DNA from: Nitrosopumilus sp.
Lineage (GTDB): Archaea > Thermoproteota > Nitrososphaeria > Nitrososphaerales > Nitrosopumilaceae
DNA length: 62,136 nucleotides
Assembly: GCA_035458995.1 (NCBI GenBank)
Contig: DATHYS010000048.1
Coordinates: forward strand, 1 to 62,136
Direction of reading: 5' to 3'
Shown here: positions 10,299-20,888 of the stretch, piece by piece
Position numbering within the stretch: the first letter of the stretch is position 1
Layout: every line of letters begins with the position of its first letter
Translations under genes and position numbers: made by a program
Notes under the pieces: model-generated
What the model was told of the DNA's origin: nothing
Seen by the model: the letters and a program-made list of their open reading frames with translations, nothing else
Databases searched by the model: none

Positions 10299-10937
10299 TT
10301 GTCATCCTTAGAGGTAATTAGTAAAGATAATCAAAAAATATCTGTAAAACTTCAAGGAATACCATTACAATATGCAAATGCACTCAGACGCGTTTGCCTA
10401 AATGGAGTTCCCACATTTGCAATAGACACTGTTGACATTATTGAAAATTCCTCAGTTTTACCAGACGAAGGTTTGGCACACAGATTAGGCCTTATTCCAT
10501 TAACAACTGATTTGAGTAGATTTAACGAACCATCCAAATGCGAATGTCAAAGTGAGACTGGATGTTCAAATTGTAAAGTAATGTTAGTTTTAGATTCAGG
10601 AGATTCAGATGTTACTAGATCAGTACTATCTGGAGAACTATCTTCAGAAGATGATTCTATCAAGCCAACTTCAGATAAAGTTCCCATAGTCCAACTAGCA
10701 CCAGGGCAAAAAATCAAAATTGAATGCTATGCCAGACTAGGACGTGGTACAGAACATGCTAAATGGAATTCTGCAACAGTCTCAATGCTTACTGATACCG
10801 ATAAAGAAGATGTCAAAGTTCTAACAGTAGAATCAACAGGTGCACTCAATCCTGAACAAATCATTATTTCAGGAGTAGACGAGGTCAGCAATAGAATTGG
10901 TCAATTTAAAGAGATGATTGACCAAGTTGAAGAATAA
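10299..10937 (+). CDS. rpoD: DNA-directed RNA polymerase subunit D (Rpo3)
   Basis: ANALRR, NSSVLPDEGLAHRLGLIPL, GTEHAKW; start probably TTG 10299 rather than 10188. Confidence 0.95.
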   Translation: MSSLEVISKDNQKISVKLQGIPLQYANALRRVCLNGVPTFAIDTVDIIENSSVLPDEGLAHRLGLIPLTTDLSRFNEPSKCECQSETGCSNCKVMLVLDSGDSDVTRSVLSGELSSEDDSIKPTSDKVPIVQLAPGQKIKIECYARLGRGTEHAKWNSATVSMLTDTDKEDVKVLTVESTGALNPEQIIISGVDEVSNRIGQFKEMIDQVEE

Positions 10938-10982
10938 TCTAAGCATAGACATTATATTTGGGTTGCAAACCGCATTATTCAC

Positions 10983-11330
10983 ATGACTAATCAAGTCGTT
11001 ATACATATGGCCAAAGATCTAAAGAAGGCATCAACTAAGAATGATGCACCAATTTGGGCAAAATTAGCAGAATATGCATTAAAACCATCAATTGCAAGAA
11101 GAGATCTTAATTTGAACAGAATAGGTCAACTAACAAAAGAAAATGACATCGTAGTATTTCCAGGCAAAGTACTTGGAACAGGTAACATTTCTCACAAAAT
11201 TACATTATTCTCATTTTCAATTTCAAATTCTGCAGCAAACAAAATCATTGAAAAAGGTGGAAAAATCATCACCCATTCAGATTTGATTGAACAAAACCCA
11301 ACTGGTAAAGGAGTAGTTCTACTTGGCTAA
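10983..11330 (+). CDS. rpl18e: 50S ribosomal protein L18e
   Basis: VVFPGKVLGTG motif; operon context. Confidence 0.95.
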   Translation: MTNQVVIHMAKDLKKASTKNDAPIWAKLAEYALKPSIARRDLNLNRIGQLTKENDIVVFPGKVLGTGNISHKITLFSFSISNSAANKIIEKGGKIITHSDLIEQNPTGKGVVLLG

Positions 11331-11820
11331 TGGAAGATTAAACAGACCTAGAGGAGCCTCCAAACAAGAGACAGTTGTAAGAACTGATAGACCAATTGTA
11401 GTAGATGCAACAAATCACATTGCTGGTAGACTAGCATCAAACGTTGCAAAATTACTAATTAAAGGAAACAGAGTCTCAGTTGTTAACTGTGAGAAAATCA
11501 TGATGAGCGGAACAAGAAGTAATCAAATTAAAGAATATAGAGAATTTTTAGAAATTAACAGTATCATTAACTACAAACACGGTCCAGTCCACTATAGAAG
11601 ACCAGATACATTAATGGCAAAAATGATTCGTCAAATGTTGCCATATGACAGAAAGCCATCAGGAAAAGAAGCTCATCAAAGACTCAGAACATACATTGGT
11701 TCACCTAAAGAAACTAAATCTATTGAAAAAATTCAATTTGAAAAAGCAATGATCAGAAAGACCCCATCAAACTATACAGCACTTGGGGAATTATGCAGGG
11801 TAATTGGGTGGACTGAATGA
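11323..11820 (+). CDS. rpl13: 50S ribosomal protein L13
   Basis: VVDATNHIAGRLAS, IRQMLP. Confidence 0.95.
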   Translation: MANGRLNRPRGASKQETVVRTDRPIVVDATNHIAGRLASNVAKLLIKGNRVSVVNCEKIMMSGTRSNQIKEYREFLEINSIINYKHGPVHYRRPDTLMAKMIRQMLPYDRKPSGKEAHQRLRTYIGSPKETKSIEKIQFEKAMIRKTPSNYTALGELCRVIGWTE

Positions 11821-12266
11821 CAACTCCAAAAACTGAAATCTATTTTGCAACAAGAAAAACAGCTAGTGCCCATGTTTACATTACAAAGGGAAAAGGTAAA
11901 ATCAGAATTAACAACGTTCCAGTAGAAATGATTCCACAGGAAACAGCCCGTGAAGTAATTCTAGCACCATTAGAAATTACAGGAGATTTGAGAGATAAAA
12001 TCGATATCTCTGTAAGAGTTAGAGGTGGTGGCTTTATGGGTCAAGCCAGTGCAATAGCAACAGGAATTTCAAGAGCACTAACAGGATGGACAAAATCCAA
12101 AAAAGAGCCAAAAGATCATCCTTTCCCAAAATCAACTAGAGAAGACCTTAGAAAAAGAATCACTGATTTTGATAAATACCTAGTCAGTGGTGATGCCAGA
12201 AGAAAGGAACCAAAGAAATTTGGCGGACCTGGTGCAAGAAGAAGAAAGCAGAAATCATACCGTTAG
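11817..12266 (+). CDS. rps9: 30S ribosomal protein S9
   Basis: GGGFMGQA, EPKKFGGPGARRRKQKSYR. Confidence 0.97.
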   Translation: MTTPKTEIYFATRKTASAHVYITKGKGKIRINNVPVEMIPQETAREVILAPLEITGDLRDKIDISVRVRGGGFMGQASAIATGISRALTGWTKSKKEPKDHPFPKSTREDLRKRITDFDKYLVSGDARRKEPKKFGGPGARRRKQKSYR

Positions 12267-12269
12267 GCT

Positions 12270-12989
12270 GTGAAGGCTGTAATTCTTGCAGGCGGCAAGG
12301 GAACAAGAGGTAAGCCATATACTGAATATTTTCCCAAAGCCATGACGCCAATCAATGGCAAACCCCTAATTGATTATGTCATAAAATATCTAAAATCATT
12401 TAGTTTTGTAAATGAGATAATTGTCATTTCTGATTTTAATGAATTAGGAGGACAAATCAAAAATTTCTATCAAAACCAAAAAGGCATCACGTTTGTTCAA
12501 GACTCTCAAAGTGGCACAGGTGGAGATTTGTTACATGTGGCAAACAAGCTCAAAGATGAATCAGAATTTGTTTTGTGGTTTGTGGATAATTTGTGTGCAA
12601 TAGATCTTAAAAAAATGAGACATGTTTTCAGAGAGAAGAATAGTTTCGCATGCATTGCAACTAGAACTAGAAGAAGAGAAGAGACAGGATTTGCTAAAGT
12701 TGAAGATGGGATCATAACAGAATTCAAAGAAAAGCCAATGATGGAATTACAGTTATCAGAATGTTTGGGAATCTATATGCTTGGAAAAGACATCATTAAA
12801 AGAATTAAAGCAAAACAAAAACAAAAAGAGATCAATCTATCATATGATATTTTACAGCAACTATCAAAAGAAGGGAAAATCAGTGCTTTTGACATTGGAG
12901 ATAGAGAATGGATTGATGCAGAATCACCAATGGTTTTAGAAAGAAATGAAAAAACAGTGAAGAAGATTATAAAACAGATGGGATTTTAG
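12270..12989 (+). CDS. Sugar-phosphate nucleotidyltransferase family protein
   Basis: AVILAGGKGTR...PK, FKEKP. Confidence 0.88.
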   Translation: MKAVILAGGKGTRGKPYTEYFPKAMTPINGKPLIDYVIKYLKSFSFVNEIIVISDFNELGGQIKNFYQNQKGITFVQDSQSGTGGDLLHVANKLKDESEFVLWFVDNLCAIDLKKMRHVFREKNSFACIATRTRRREETGFAKVEDGIITEFKEKPMMELQLSECLGIYMLGKDIIKRIKAKQKQKEINLSYDILQQLSKEGKISAFDIGDREWIDAESPMVLERNEKTVKKIIKQMGF

Positions 12990-13551
12990 ATTCTTTTTCA
13001 AATTCAGATATCTTATCCTCATATTGAAAAGTCTGTGCAATATCATCTAGTCCATCTAGGAGAATTTTTTTCTTGTATGAATCAATATCAAAAGAAATTT
13101 CTTCAGAAGGAGTTTTGATAATTTGGTTTTCCAAATCAACTTTAATGACATCAGTTTCTTGCTGTAATTTTTCCACTAGTTTTTGCTCTAGTGTTATTGG
13201 CAAGATACCATTTTTGAAACAATTACTGTAGAAAATATCTGCAAAAGAAGGTGCAATAATTACAGAAAAACCATAGTCAAGCAAGGCCCAAACAGCATGT
13301 TCACGACTAGAACCACATCCAAAATTATCTCCAGCTACTAGAATTTGTGAATTTTCATATTTTGGATCATTGAGAATAAAATCAGATTTTTTATTCTCGT
13401 TTTCATCATATCTCCAGTTAAAAAATAAGAATTTTCCAAATCCAGATTTTTGAACCAGTTTTAAGAATTGTTTTGGGACAATTTGATCAGTATCCACATT
13501 TACTTTATCCAAAGGAGTAACAACACTAGAGACAGGTTTGAATGGTTCCAT
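12967..13551 (-). CDS. leuD: 3-isopropylmalate dehydratase small subunit (bacterial-type)
   Basis: [24 protein letters not shown]. Confidence 0.93.
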   Translation of the reverse strand: MEPFKPVSSVVTPLDKVNVDTDQIVPKQFLKLVQKSGFGKFLFFNWRYDENENKKSDFILNDPKYENSQILVAGDNFGCGSSREHAVWALLDYGFSVIIAPSFADIFYSNCFKNGILPITLEQKLVEKLQQETDVIKVDLENQIIKTPSEEISFDIDSYKKKILLDGLDDIAQTFQYEDKISEFEKESKIPSVL

Positions 13552-13552
13552 G

Positions 13553-14968
13553 TTAATTCAAATCCATTTTCCTAACATCTACAAAATGACCTTCAATTGC
13601 AGCGGCAGCTGCCATTACAGGGCTAACCAAATGAGTTCTTCCGCCAGTTCCCTGTCTTCCTTCAAAGTTTCTATTGGATGTACTTGCACAGCGCTCTCCA
13701 GGAGATAAAATATCAGGATTCATGCCAAGACACATACTGCATCCTGCTTCTCTCCATTCAAAATTAGCATCAATGAAAATTTTATCCAATCCCATTTCTT
13801 CTGCTTGTTTTTTTACCATTTGAGAACCAGGAACTACCATAGCATTGACATTTGGAGAAACTTTTTGTCCCTTGATAACTTTGGATGCCTCTATAAGATC
13901 CTCTAGTCTAGCATTAGTACAAGAGCCAATAAACACTCTATCAATTTTGATATCTTCAATTGCCGTACCAGGTTTCAAATCCATGTAATCAAGTGCCTTT
14001 TCTGCACCTTTCTTTTGATTTGAATCACCTTTAGAATATTCATCAGGAGATGGAATAGATTCAGTGACATCAGATGTCATTCCAGGATTAGTTCCCCAGC
14101 TTACCTGAGGTGCAATATCATCAATGTGTAAAGTAAATTGTTTTTCAAACTTTGCATCACCATCAGTCTTTAGATGGTCTTTCCATGAATCGACAAGGGA
14201 TTCATAATTCTTTGGAGTGTATTCTCTTCCTCGCAAATAGTCAAAGGTCTTTTCATCAGGGGCAATCAAACCTGCACGTGCACCTGCCTCAATTGACATG
14301 TTGCAGATAGTCATTCTTTGCTCCATGGATAAATCAGTGATTCCCTCTCCACGGTACTCTACTACAGTTCCATTGCCACCACCAGTCCCTATATTTTTGA
14401 TAATTGAGAGGACAATGTCTTTGGCAGTAACGGCATGAGGGTTTTTTCTCTTTCCTTCAACTCTAATTTCAAAGGGTTTTGGCTTTTCTAGCCACATTGT
14501 TTGAGATGCCAATACATGCTCAACATCACTAGTTCCAATACCCAAGGCCAATGCTCCAAATGCTCCATGTGTAGATGTGTGGCTATCACCGCAAACAATT
14601 GTAGTTCCAGGCAAGGTAATTCCCAATTGAGGACCAATTACATGGACAATTCCCTGATTAGGGCTGTTAATATCAAATAATTTTATTCCAAAATCTTTGC
14701 AGTTTTTTTCCAGAGTTTTGATTTGAACAGATGAGGTTTGATCCAAAATAGGAAGTGAGCGGTCAGTTGTTGGAACATTATGATCCATTGTAGCAATGGT
14801 AAGATCAGGTCTTCTAACTTTTCTGTTATTCATTCGCAACCCATCAAAAGCCTGTGGAGAAGTAACTTCATGAACTAGGTGTCTATCAATGTAGATTAAT
14901 GATGGACTGTTTTGTTTTTCAACAACAACATGAGATTGCCAAATTTTTTCAAAAAGAGTTGTTCCCAT
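13553..14968 (-). CDS. leuC: 3-isopropylmalate dehydratase large subunit (bacterial-type)
   Basis: [40 protein letters not shown]; start ATG 14968. Confidence 0.95.
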   Translation of the reverse strand: MGTTLFEKIWQSHVVVEKQNSPSLIYIDRHLVHEVTSPQAFDGLRMNNRKVRRPDLTIATMDHNVPTTDRSLPILDQTSSVQIKTLEKNCKDFGIKLFDINSPNQGIVHVIGPQLGITLPGTTIVCGDSHTSTHGAFGALALGIGTSDVEHVLASQTMWLEKPKPFEIRVEGKRKNPHAVTAKDIVLSIIKNIGTGGGNGTVVEYRGEGITDLSMEQRMTICNMSIEAGARAGLIAPDEKTFDYLRGREYTPKNYESLVDSWKDHLKTDGDAKFEKQFTLHIDDIAPQVSWGTNPGMTSDVTESIPSPDEYSKGDSNQKKGAEKALDYMDLKPGTAIEDIKIDRVFIGSCTNARLEDLIEASKVIKGQKVSPNVNAMVVPGSQMVKKQAEEMGLDKIFIDANFEWREAGCSMCLGMNPDILSPGERCASTSNRNFEGRQGTGGRTHLVSPVMAAAAAIEGHFVDVRKMDLN

Positions 14969-14969
14969 T

Positions 14970-15461
14970 TTAATCCTGGTCAGGTTTATACTTGAAGAGA
15001 CCACCTGCAGCAATTATCTTTCCAATAATTTCTGAAAAAGGTTTCATTTTGTAGGTTTGATTTTTTGTGAGGTTTTTAATTTCATTTGAATCAACATCGA
15101 TTGAAATTTCATCACCTTCTGAAATTCCATCATATGCATCTTGTTCAATTTCAATCGGAAGTAAGAATGCACCATCAACAGAATTTCTATAAAAAATTCT
15201 TGCAAAAGATAAAGCAAGTACTGCCTTTACTCCAGAATGAGATAATGCAATTGGGGCATGTTCACGAGATGAGCCACAACCAAAGTTTTTGCCAGATAAA
15301 ATAAAATCGCCTTCCTTTACTTTAGAATGAAAATCAGGATCTAGTCCTTCCATGGCATGAGTTGCAAGTTCTGCATAATCATGCACTTTGAGATACTGAC
15401 CTGGAATTATGACATCAGTGTCAACATTGTCTTGAGCATATTTTATGACGTTACCCTTCAT
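14970..15461 (-). CDS. Archaeal-type isopropylmalate dehydratase/homoaconitase small subunit
   Basis: [25 protein letters not shown]. Confidence 0.88.
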   Translation of the reverse strand: MKGNVIKYAQDNVDTDVIIPGQYLKVHDYAELATHAMEGLDPDFHSKVKEGDFILSGKNFGCGSSREHAPIALSHSGVKAVLALSFARIFYRNSVDGAFLLPIEIEQDAYDGISEGDEISIDVDSNEIKNLTKNQTYKMKPFSEIIGKIIAAGGLFKYKPDQD

Positions 15462-16729
15462 TACAAATCCCTCGGATCAGTGATTTTTCCAGTTACTGCT
15501 GAAGCTGCTGCCACTAGTGGAGATGAAAGATATGTTTGAGATTCTACATGGCCCATTCTACCAGGGAAGTTTCTATTAGTAGTACTGATACAGATTTCAT
15601 CTTTTGCCAAGACTCCCATATGTGCCCCACAACAGGCTCCACATGTAGGAGGGCCAACTGTGGCACCAGCATCTAAGAAGATCTTTAGCAACCCATTTTC
15701 CATGGCTCGTTGATAAATCGAAATTGCAGCAGGTAAAATTTCAGTTCTAATCTTTACTTTTCTTCCTTTGAGAATTTTGGCTGCAGCCTCCAAGTCTTCA
15801 TATTTTGCGCCAGTACAAGAACCGATATAGGATTTATCTAATTCAACAGATGGGGCTTCTCTAACAACTGAGATATTTTCAGGAGAAAATGGTTTTGCAA
15901 CTGTTGGCTCCATCTCAGATGCTTCGTATTCAAAGACTTTTGCATATTCTGAATCGGAATCTCCTTTTACCAAATTGAAATTAGTTGCTCCTCTTTGAGA
16001 AAGATAGTCAACTACTTTTTGATCTGGTTCGACAATACCATTCTTTGCACCAGCCTCTGTAGTCATGTTACATAATGTCAATCTACTTTCAACAGACATT
16101 TCGTCAATCCCACTTCCACCAAACTGCATAGTTCTATAATTGCCACCATCAGTTCCAATCTCGCCAATTATTTTTAGAATCAAATCCTTGGCCATTATAT
16201 GATCAGGTAACTTTCCATTTAGTTTGAAATAGTAAGTTTCAGGAACTTTGAACCAAATTTTTCCATTCAATAAAACATAAGCAATATCAGTATGGCCTAA
16301 ACCACAAGCAAAAGCACCCAAGGCACCAGTTGTGTTTGTGTGAGAATCACCACCAACATAAACATCTCCGGGCATCACCATTGCTTCTTCATGAGATATG
16401 GTATGACAAATTCCGTATTGTCCCATTCCGTATTTGAAATGTTTTTCAATTCCATAATTTTTTGTAAAGTTTGATAATTTTACAATATTTTCAGCAGATA
16501 CCTTTTCTGCAGAAGGTACAAAGTGGTCTTCAGCTACCCAAACTTTTGTAGGATCCCATAGTTTATCAACTGAAATTCCTTGTTTCTTTAATTTATCAAA
16601 TACCTTAATCACACCTGGGCCAGACACATCATGCATCATTACCCTGTCTACATTAGCAAAAACCACATCATCTGGGGAAACAGAAGATTTTCCGGCACCA
16701 CGGGCAAGAATCTTCTCAACAATATTCAT
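15461..16729 (-). CDS. Archaeal-type isopropylmalate dehydratase/homoaconitase large subunit
   Basis: GDSHT, GSCT, CGACCG, STTNRNFPGRMG. Confidence 0.9.
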   Translation of the reverse strand: MNIVEKILARGAGKSSVSPDDVVFANVDRVMMHDVSGPGVIKVFDKLKKQGISVDKLWDPTKVWVAEDHFVPSAEKVSAENIVKLSNFTKNYGIEKHFKYGMGQYGICHTISHEEAMVMPGDVYVGGDSHTNTTGALGAFACGLGHTDIAYVLLNGKIWFKVPETYYFKLNGKLPDHIMAKDLILKIIGEIGTDGGNYRTMQFGGSGIDEMSVESRLTLCNMTTEAGAKNGIVEPDQKVVDYLSQRGATNFNLVKGDSDSEYAKVFEYEASEMEPTVAKPFSPENISVVREAPSVELDKSYIGSCTGAKYEDLEAAAKILKGRKVKIRTEILPAAISIYQRAMENGLLKIFLDAGATVGPPTCGACCGAHMGVLAKDEICISTTNRNFPGRMGHVESQTYLSSPLVAAASAVTGKITDPRDL

Positions 16730-16802
16730 GATTAAAAAATCTCGTCATACAGATTAAAAGCTTTTCAGAACAATAAAAAAGAAAAAGAATGCATAGAATG
16801 AT

Positions 16803-17579
16803 GTGCAATTAACAGTTTTACCACTTTTAGCAGAAAGAATGGAAGGAAAATTTGATGTTTTTGAGGTATTGCTCAAGACCCTATCAAAAAACAATGAAAA
16901 ATTACAAGACGGAGATGTTTTAGTAATTTCAACAAAATACATCTCAAATTCGCAAGAAAGAATTGTAGATTTGGATAAAATAAAGACTTCAGAAGAAGGA
17001 TTACAGATTTCAAAAACATATCAACTAAAACCAGAGATTGCTGAGATCATAATCAGAGAATCAGATAAAATTTTTGGAGGTATTGGAGGATTTGTAATTA
17101 CATCATCAGATAACATTATGGCCCCAAATGCTGGAATCGATAAATCAAATGCAAAAAAAGGCAGGGCAATACTGTACCCAGCAAATCCATATCAAACCGC
17201 AGAAGAACTCCGTAGGAAAATTTTCTTGAGATTCTTTATTCATGTAGGGATTATTCTAGTTGATAGCAGACTAATGCCAGCAAGAATTGGAACGTCAGGT
17301 GTTGCAATTGCATGTGCAGGAATTGAACCTGTTTTAGATATGAGAGCAAAAAAAGATCTTGATGGAAATCCATTAAAAGTTACATTTCAAGCAGTGGTGG
17401 ACAATCTTGCTACCATTGCAAATCACAAGATGGGGGAAGGAGCAGAATCAAAACCATTTGCAATAGTTAGGAATTCAGGTGCTAAACTTACAGATAGAAA
17501 AATCAAGCCATCAGAAATGGCAATTTCACCAGATCAATGTGTATATGTTAGAGGATTATCAAACCCTCCAAATAACTAA
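16803..17579 (+). CDS. cofE: Coenzyme F420-0:L-glutamate ligase
   Basis: DGDVLVIST, PNAGIDKSN, DLDGNPL, MGEGAES. Confidence 0.9.
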   Translation: MQLTVLPLLAERMEGKFDVFEVLLKTLSKNNEKLQDGDVLVISTKYISNSQERIVDLDKIKTSEEGLQISKTYQLKPEIAEIIIRESDKIFGGIGGFVITSSDNIMAPNAGIDKSNAKKGRAILYPANPYQTAEELRRKIFLRFFIHVGIILVDSRLMPARIGTSGVAIACAGIEPVLDMRAKKDLDGNPLKVTFQAVVDNLATIANHKMGEGAESKPFAIVRNSGAKLTDRKIKPSEMAISPDQCVYVRGLSNPPNN

Positions 17580-17615
17580 CCTAGAACTCGGTTCTCCTTT
17601 AAATAGAGGATTTTA

Positions 17616-18182
17616 TTGAAAAAAATAATGGAATACCTCACTACATATCCTAAAACTGTATCATTTTTTGATGGAATAAAACACAAAATTGATGTTGACA
17701 GTAAGGAGGGGGTTGAGCAACTCCACATTGTAGTAAAGAAAAGTTTTGAGGAATTGACAAAAATTTTCACAGATGAAGGATTTACCAAAGTTAAACTTGA
17801 ACATAAGCAACCAGATCAAATTGGAAGTGGTCTTAATCTAAAATTGAAAAAACCATGGGAGATGCATGTCAGAATGGTTGATTTGAAAAAAGGATTGATT
17901 GGAATTCATGCAGAAGTGGAAGTATCAAGGGATTATCTTCAACATTTGTTTTCACAAAGAACACCAGTAGTTTATGAAGTTGAAGAAATTCTAAAGAAAT
18001 ATCAAGTTGATTACAATATTTGGCATGATAAAATTAAGAAAAATGTACACGCTATTGTAGATAATTACAAAGTTAAACTTGCCACACCAAGTATTCCGGT
18101 ATTTGCATGGAAACCAATGTTATTTGTTATTGGAACTATTGCAGCATTTTATGGTTGGAAATACTTTAACACAATCTGGTAG
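17616..18182 (+). CDS. Hypothetical protein with C-terminal TM anchor
   Basis: 188-aa ORF, WEMHVR motif, hydrophobic C-terminus. Confidence 0.75.
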   Translation: MKKIMEYLTTYPKTVSFFDGIKHKIDVDSKEGVEQLHIVVKKSFEELTKIFTDEGFTKVKLEHKQPDQIGSGLNLKLKKPWEMHVRMVDLKKGLIGIHAEVEVSRDYLQHLFSQRTPVVYEVEEILKKYQVDYNIWHDKIKKNVHAIVDNYKVKLATPSIPVFAWKPMLFVIGTIAAFYGWKYFNTIW

Positions 18183-18185
18183 AGA

Positions 18186-18512
18186 CTAGACACCCAAAGT
18201 TTCAGCCTTACTTAATTCTAAAAAGACCTTATCTCCAACTGAAAGGCCCATCTCTTTGTATTCATGCATTTCAAGTTTTAGTTGAGTAATTCCTGATTGC
18301 ATACCCATTCCTCCCATTCCAGACATCATCTTGTTCAAGTCTTTCATCATATCATTCATGTTAGAAAATCCCATAACTTTTGGGCTGCCAAAAGGAGGTT
18401 GTTGGGTTTGAGTTCCTTCTTTTAGATCCTTAAGTGATGATAATGAGACTACAACATATGGTGCGCCATCAGGTGCAGAATCTATGCTTTTTACTACAAA
18501 TTCTTTCTTCAT
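18186..18512 (-). CDS. Hypothetical protein with Met/Gly-rich central loop
   Basis: Start taken as ATG 18512 (MKKEFVVK); C-terminal GLSVGDKV motif. Confidence 0.7.
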   Translation of the reverse strand: MKKEFVVKSIDSAPDGAPYVVVSLSSLKDLKEGTQTQQPPFGSPKVMGFSNMNDMMKDLNKMMSGMGGMGMQSGITQLKLEMHEYKEMGLSVGDKVFLELSKAETLGV

Positions 18513-18616
18513 ATCTGAATTAGTATCTAATTCCATATAATTTTAATTTTGAGGTGAATTAGTACTAGTTTGACTAGTTTTGAAGCTTTAATTACAATTT
18601 TTGAGATTTTAAATCA

Positions 18617-19150
18617 TTGTCAGAAAATGTGAAAACGACATTACGATACTATGGGATTTCTCCTTGGGAAATTGAAGTTCTTTATGGATTTCTAAATTCT
18701 CATTTTACCATTATTCAGGATGAGATTGAAGCAGATGATGAGAATTTTGTGAGTTTTCTAGATATCGACATACCCCTACAATTTAACGAAGAATTTTTCC
18801 AATGGTTTGAGTTTAAGCGATGGGAAAAAATCAAAGATGTCTTCAAGGAAATGAAGAGAAGAAGAGGTAGTGGGAATGCTTTAAAAATTGTAATTAATTT
18901 TTCTGGAAATCCAAAAATTGTATTCACAGTAGACATTGAAGACAAGCAGTGGTTTGATAATGCGCTAGAGAAGATTGATTTTGTTTTGGAATTATTGCCA
19001 TTCCACATGGATCCTCAAAAATTACCATCAGAGGTAACCAAGATTACATACAAATTTGATCCTGAATCAATCAGATGGCGTCTAGATTCAGCACTATCTG
19101 AAAATAAAAAATTCCGATTCAGTGGTGATTCATGGAATGAGATTATTTGA
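18617..19150 (+). CDS. Hypothetical protein
   Basis: 177-aa ORF with normal composition. Confidence 0.7.
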   Translation: MSENVKTTLRYYGISPWEIEVLYGFLNSHFTIIQDEIEADDENFVSFLDIDIPLQFNEEFFQWFEFKRWEKIKDVFKEMKRRRGSGNALKIVINFSGNPKIVFTVDIEDKQWFDNALEKIDFVLELLPFHMDPQKLPSEVTKITYKFDPESIRWRLDSALSENKKFRFSGDSWNEII

Positions 19151-19583
19151 GATCTTTTTGGAGGGGTTCTAGTAATTCATGAAGTTCTTTGTATTTTGTT
19201 TCTAGAAACTCTAGTGCATCAACTAATTTTTTAGATTTTCCATATTTGTAACGAATCATTTCACGATGATGCCAGAATGTTTTTCCTTCTTCAACAGATA
19301 AAGTAGTAAAATAATCAGTCCCTTTCAGATTGTCAGGAAGTTTGACATCATGAGGAAATACTAGTTCAACAATGAACCATTCATCAGCATCAGGGTAATC
19401 AGAGCCTGTTTCTACATCAAAGAATACATGAAGTAAATCAGATTGCATAAGGCCATCATCACTAATTGATGGATGTCTTACAGGTGATTTTTTAAAATCC
19501 AAGTTTACTAGTTGTGGTTCAAAGAAACCTTTGATTATGGATTTTCTAAATATTTTATTTGCTTCATTAATATTCAAATGCAA
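19143..19583 (-). CDS. Hypothetical protein
   Basis: 146-aa ORF, convergent with the previous gene. Confidence 0.7.
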   Translation of the reverse strand: MHLNINEANKIFRKSIIKGFFEPQLVNLDFKKSPVRHPSISDDGLMQSDLLHVFFDVETGSDYPDADEWFIVELVFPHDVKLPDNLKGTDYFTTLSVEEGKTFWHHREMIRYKYGKSKKLVDALEFLETKYKELHELLEPLQKDLK

Positions 19584-19654
19584 AATAATATTCTAAAACT
19601 TGCTTAAAACTTCTTAGTTTGTAGAGAATAAGCAGAAAATATTTTAGAAAATAT

Positions 19655-20209
19655 TCAATCTGTGATGTTTACTATATGATGATCAAGTAGTTTCTGGTAA
19701 TCATCTGGAGAATATTGGTCTATTTTTGATAAATCATATGCGCATATAGCAGTAAATGGAATCTGAAAAGTTTGTTCTAATTTGCATTCATAATTATGTA
19801 ATTGAAATTCTAGGGAATTATCAAAAAACTCTGCAGTGTCTGCAAAGACTCTAAGACCTTTCTTCCCATTTGAAATGGCCTCATCAGATGCTGTCTTCCA
19901 AAGAGACATCAGTCTTTCGGGGTCAAGTTTACCATCTTGAAAATACCATTCTTTTCCAGAAGTAATGAAAAGTTGTTTTTTTTCTTGCAAATCAGAGACA
20001 TTAACATTCCATCTCTTTGTCAATTCAGAGCAAATTTCTTCTTTTGAGAATTTGTCAGTAATGAACATCAAAGATTCGTTACAATCAAGGCCCTTTTTTA
20101 GAAATAATGATGCTGCATCTAGCATTTGAGAAGAGTTTTGATAAACATACAAGACATGGTCATGTTTTTTTATCAATGATACTCTAGACATCATTCTATT
20201 GAAAGTCAT
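19655..20209 (-). CDS. Stand-alone MEDS sensor domain protein
   Basis: HDHVLYVY, FLKKGL, GLRVFAD, YECKL, AICAYD pattern typical of MEDS. Confidence 0.82.
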   Translation of the reverse strand: MTFNRMMSRVSLIKKHDHVLYVYQNSSQMLDAASLFLKKGLDCNESLMFITDKFSKEEICSELTKRWNVNVSDLQEKKQLFITSGKEWYFQDGKLDPERLMSLWKTASDEAISNGKKGLRVFADTAEFFDNSLEFQLHNYECKLEQTFQIPFTAICAYDLSKIDQYSPDDYQKLLDHHIVNITD

Positions 20210-20332
20210 TCAGCGTTAAAAGGATACAGATTTGGGGGGAATGAATTTCAGTTCAAAATATAAAAATCGTTACACTTCAAGTGAATCTAAAATCTTTGAG
20301 AGATTAGCAGAAGGGCTATTTTTTAAAATATT

Positions 20333-20482
20333 TTATTTTGTAGCAATTTTATGCATTCCCCATTTGAGATGATATTCTTTCTCGGTGATAGGAAGTTTGG
20401 ATTTGCATTTTAGACATCTACGGATTTTATTATGTTTGGAATATCTCCAAACATGTGGTTCACTAATTTTATGGCAATTCAT
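20333..20482 (-). CDS. Putative 49-aa microprotein with CxxC
   Basis: Hand translation MNCHKISEPHVWRYSKHNKIRRCLKCKSKLPITEKEYHLKWGMHKIATK. Confidence 0.45.
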   Translation of the reverse strand: MNCHKISEPHVWRYSKHNKIRRCLKCKSKLPITEKEYHLKWGMHKIATK

Positions 20483-20588
20483 ACTATTCTATGTCATACT
20501 AGTATTTAGGAAAAAATCAGTGACTAGAAAATCAAGCATAGAATTACGATAATACGCCAGTATATACTAACGAAAAACTAGATAAAGT

Positions 20589-20693
20589 ATGTTTAAAAAA
20601 ATAATTGAAAAACTGAAATTTGGTTCTTGCAAAACCAACCTTTCAATGGATGCAGATGCATTCAAAGAATCCAAAAAGGATAAAGTAGAATGA
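20589..20693 (+). CDS. Putative 34-aa microprotein
   Basis: MFKKIIEKLKFGSCKTNLSMDADAFKESKKDKVE; ATGA overlap with next ORF. Confidence 0.5.
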   Translation: MFKKIIEKLKFGSCKTNLSMDADAFKESKKDKVE

Positions 20694-20791
20694 AATACAA
20701 TTGTAGAGAATGTAAATTCAAGTGGGAAGGAAATACAGATACTTTTGATAGAGTGTTGATTCATGAAAAAACTCACAAAAGAGGAAATTGA
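20690..20791 (+). CDS. Putative 33-aa C2H2-like zinc-finger microprotein
   Basis: MKYNCRECKFKWEGNTDTFDRVLIHEKTHKRGN (CxxC...HxxxH). Confidence 0.6.
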   Translation: MKYNCRECKFKWEGNTDTFDRVLIHEKTHKRGN

Positions 20792-20792
20792 A

Positions 20793-20888
20793 ATGGTAAC
20801 TTGCAATAAATGCTACAATGAACATCATGATCAATGCATGGGAAAAGCAGATATGTTTGATTGTGATTGTAAAGGTTGTAAAAAATAA
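20793..20888 (+). CDS. Putative 31-aa Cys/His-rich microprotein
   Basis: MVTCNKCYNEHHDQCMGKADMFDCDCKGCKK; TAATG overlap with next ORF. Confidence 0.55.
   Translation: MVTCNKCYNEHHDQCMGKADMFDCDCKGCKK

Noticed and set aside
19590-19600. ATTCTAAAAC (and a similar sequence near 21031) as repeat copies
   Set aside because: Too short and AT-rich to distinguish from background or ordinary promoter sequence.
20567-20806. 79-aa minus-strand ORF
   Set aside because: Antisense to the coupled plus-strand micro-operon, which has better motif support.
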